Origin: Vulcanimicrobiota bacterium
Lineage (GTDB): Bacteria; Vulcanimicrobiota; Vulcanimicrobiia; Vulcanimicrobiales; Vulcanimicrobiaceae
Assembly: GCA_963714015.1 (NCBI GenBank)
Contig: OY970223.1
Coordinates: 2,368,001 to 2,432,000, forward strand
Reading direction: 5' to 3'
DNA length: 64,000 bases
The notes beneath the pieces are model-generated. The model did no database searches. It was not told the DNA's origin and saw only the letters and a program-made list of their open reading frames with translations. Positions 62,075 through 64,000 of this stretch are shown one piece after another. A program made the position numbers and the translations under genes. The first letter of the stretch is position 1. Each line of letters opens with the position of its first letter.

Positions 62075-63124
62075 CTAATTCCCTTTCGCCGGTTCGATGA
62101 ACATCGCATCTCCGAACGAAAAAAACCGGTACCGGCGATCGATGGCTTCACGGTACGCCGCCAAGATTTGTTCCCGACCGGCAAATGCACAAACGAGCAC
62201 CAAGAGCGTCGAGCGGGGCAAATGAAAGTTCGTGATCAGTGCGTCGACAATTTTGAATCGAAAGCCGGGCTTGATGAACAAGTCGGTGGACTCTTCCGCG
62301 GCGATCACTTTACCGTGCGCTGCCGCGCATCCCTCCAGCGCGCGCATCACGGTCGTTCCGGCTGCAACGATCCGGCGCCCGTCGTTTTTCGCGCGCGCTA
62401 TCGCCGCGGCGGCTTGCTCGGGTATAGCATACGTTTCCGAATGCATGACGTGTTGTTCGACACGCTCCGTCTGCATGGGGCGGAACGTTCCTAAGCCCAC
62501 GTCCAGCACGATCTTCGCTATCTCCACGCCCTTCGCGGCGACTTCGTCGAGCACGCGCTGCGTAAAGTGCAGCGACGCAGTGGGCGCGGCGACACTGCCG
62601 GGTTCCCGCGCAAATATCGTCTGATACGCTTGCTGCGACCGCACGGAGTCCTCGTGAATGTAAGGCGGCAGCGGCAATTTGCCGGCGCGCTCCAAAAAAG
62701 ACTCGAACGGTACGCGCAGGTTGAAAGCAATCTCGCGCACGCCCCCGTCGAGCACCTCCGCTACGGTTGCCTCACCAAGGTCTCCGAAGATGATCCGGCT
62801 GCCCGCCGTCAACCGGCGTGCGGGTTTTACCAGTGCCTGCCAGCGGTTTGCGCGCGGATCGTAACGGGGGACATGCGCCGGCCGCAGCAGCAGCACTTCC
62901 ACCCGGCCTCCGGACGGCCGTGCGCCGAAGATTCGCGCGGCAATGACGCGGGTCTCGTTCAAAACGAGCAGATCGCCGGACCGCAAGAACTCCGGCAGAT
63001 CGGCAAAGACGCGGTGTTCGATCGATCCCGCCGCCAGCACCAAAAGACGCGACGAGTCGCGCGGAGAAGCTGCCGACTGCGCGATCAGCTCTTTCGGCAG
63101 CTCGTAGTCGTAAGCGGCGGCTAA
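62075..63124 (-). CDS. queA: S-adenosylmethionine:tRNA ribosyltransferase-isomerase
   Basis: YDYELPKELIAQ..RDSSRLLV (upstream of the first canonical start), NETRVI.AR, PLPPYI, GSVAAPTASLHF, GTT, TNFHLP, YRFFSFGDAM. Confidence 0.95.
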   Translation of the reverse strand, partial: LAAAYDYELPKELIAQSAASPRDSSRLLVLAAGSIEHRVFADLPEFLRSGDLLVLNETRVIAARIFGARPSGGRVEVLLLRPAHVPRYDPRANRWQALVKPARRLTAGSRIIFGDLGEATVAEVLDGGVREIAFNLRVPFESFLERAGKLPLPPYIHEDSVRSQQAYQTIFAREPGSVAAPTASLHFTQRVLDEVAAKGVEIAKIVLDVGLGTFRPMQTERVEQHVMHSETYAIPEQAAAAIARAKNDGRRIVAAGTTVMRALEGCAAAHGKVIAAEESTDLFIKPGFRFKIVDALITNFHLPRSTLLVLVCAFAGREQILAAYREAIDRRYRFFSFGDAMFIEPAKGN

Positions 63125-63489
63125 CCGGGGGTCGAGAGCCGGCTGCGTTCCATCGCCAGGAAGCTGCTGAGCCGTTTTTGATCCTCTTCGGTCACGTCGA
63201 TGAAAAGCACGCCGGTTTGGAAACTCTCACGCTCCCACTGACGAATCCACCGGACTTCGGCGCGCAGGACCAGATTCGGCGGCCGCTTCATCGTGAAGAT
63301 GTACTTCGTTCCTTTGGGCAGATATTGATCGACGATCACGCGCATCCCCATTTCGGAGATGTCCGCGATGGCACCGCGAAAAAGCATCGACGAAAGGCGG
63401 TCCTCGACGACGACGTCGATATATTTGCGCAGGCGTACGCCGGTGGTCCGTTTTTCGTCGCGATCGCCGCTGGAAGGTGCGTCAGTCAT
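63121..63489 (-). CDS. PilZ-domain protein
   Basis: EKRTTGVR (RxxxR-like) and DISEMG (DxSxxG) motifs, AEVRW, GVLF. Confidence 0.8.
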   Translation of the reverse strand: MTDAPSSGDRDEKRTTGVRLRKYIDVVVEDRLSSMLFRGAIADISEMGMRVIVDQYLPKGTKYIFTMKRPPNLVLRAEVRWIRQWERESFQTGVLFIDVTEEDQKRLSSFLAMERSRLSTPG

Positions 63490-64000
63490 TCCCCGTTCCG
63501 GTGCCGGGATAGTAGTAAGACAGAATTGCTCGAACGGAGGCCCCGGTGAGCGCCATTCCGCGCGCGCCCCATTGACAGAGTCCCACTCCGTGGCCGAGGC
63601 CTCCCCCTTCGATGGTCAGCGCCGTTGACGCCTGCGCAGCATCAGCGCGCACGATCACGCGCCGTACCAAAAGACTGGGAAGCGTTCGCGTTCCGAGCAG
63701 CCGGCGCACGTCTTTGGCTTTGATCTGAACGGCCCCGCCGGTTCCCACGAAGGTCCACGTCAATGGTCTTCCGCTCGAGTCCGGTGCGTCCAGCGTTACG
63801 GATTGGAGATTGCCGGCTGCGTCGATTTCCCGGAGCTGTGCCGAGGCCTGAGTGAGCGCTACAGTCTTGGTCCACGAGTACCACGGCGATTGCGTGCAGT
63901 ATGTGCATGTGACTCCGGAGAGATACTCGAGCAGTTTGCCGCCCCATGCATTCGCATTCGACTCCGTATGTCCGCCGCAACACGAAGAATACAGAACCTC
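63482..64000 (-). CDS. SpoIID/LytB-domain protein, C-terminal part (partial, frameshifted)
   Basis: YSSCCGGHTE..W..YL.GV.C; GGGLGHGVGLCQWGA.GMA..ILSYYYPG. Confidence 0.85.
   Translation of the reverse strand, partial: EVLYSSCCGGHTESNANAWGGKLLEYLSGVTCTYCTQSPWYSWTKTVALTQASAQLREIDAAGNLQSVTLDAPDSSGRPLTWTFVGTGGAVQIKAKDVRRLLGTRTLPSLLVRRVIVRADAAQASTALTIEGGGLGHGVGLCQWGARGMALTGASVRAILSYYYPGTGTGND

Overview
GC-rich bacterial chromosome segment. The mix of diderm envelope genes (secretin, MlaEFD, Lnt) with a Firmicutes-style cdaA-cdaR-glmM operon and 'LAACSGG' lipoproteins suggests a diderm Terrabacteria member, plausibly Eremiobacterota/Vulcanimicrobiota (inference only). Many single-base frameshifts, including in priA, glmM and aroC, point to uncorrected long-read errors. 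Left arm (mostly + strand): a type IVa pilus operon that also contains a SigB/F-type sigma factor, a CcdA-like gene and a TPR gene; stress genes; aroCKB-priA-mscS; rpsT/rsgA; cdaA-cdaR-glmM; a c-di-AMP riboswitch ahead of an NlpC/P60 gene; tRNA-Gln; and two paralogous lipoprotein genes sharing a conserved ~90-nt leader. Centre: a Xer-family recombinase with a dif-like 11-6-11 palindrome 25 bp upstream of its start, followed by a visibly lower-GC accessory region (~34.55-41.6 kb). That region carries a broken second secretin, a divergent Lgt-like gene, an intact Lnt, lipoproteins and a matrixin metalloprotease. Right arm (mostly - strand): panE, rhomboid, mlaEFD, rph, glmS, rpoZ, gmk, rqcH, SOD, PuuD-like, LuxR-AAA regulator, queA, PilZ and spoIID-like genes. 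Gene orientation converges on the dif-like site, as expected at a replication terminus.
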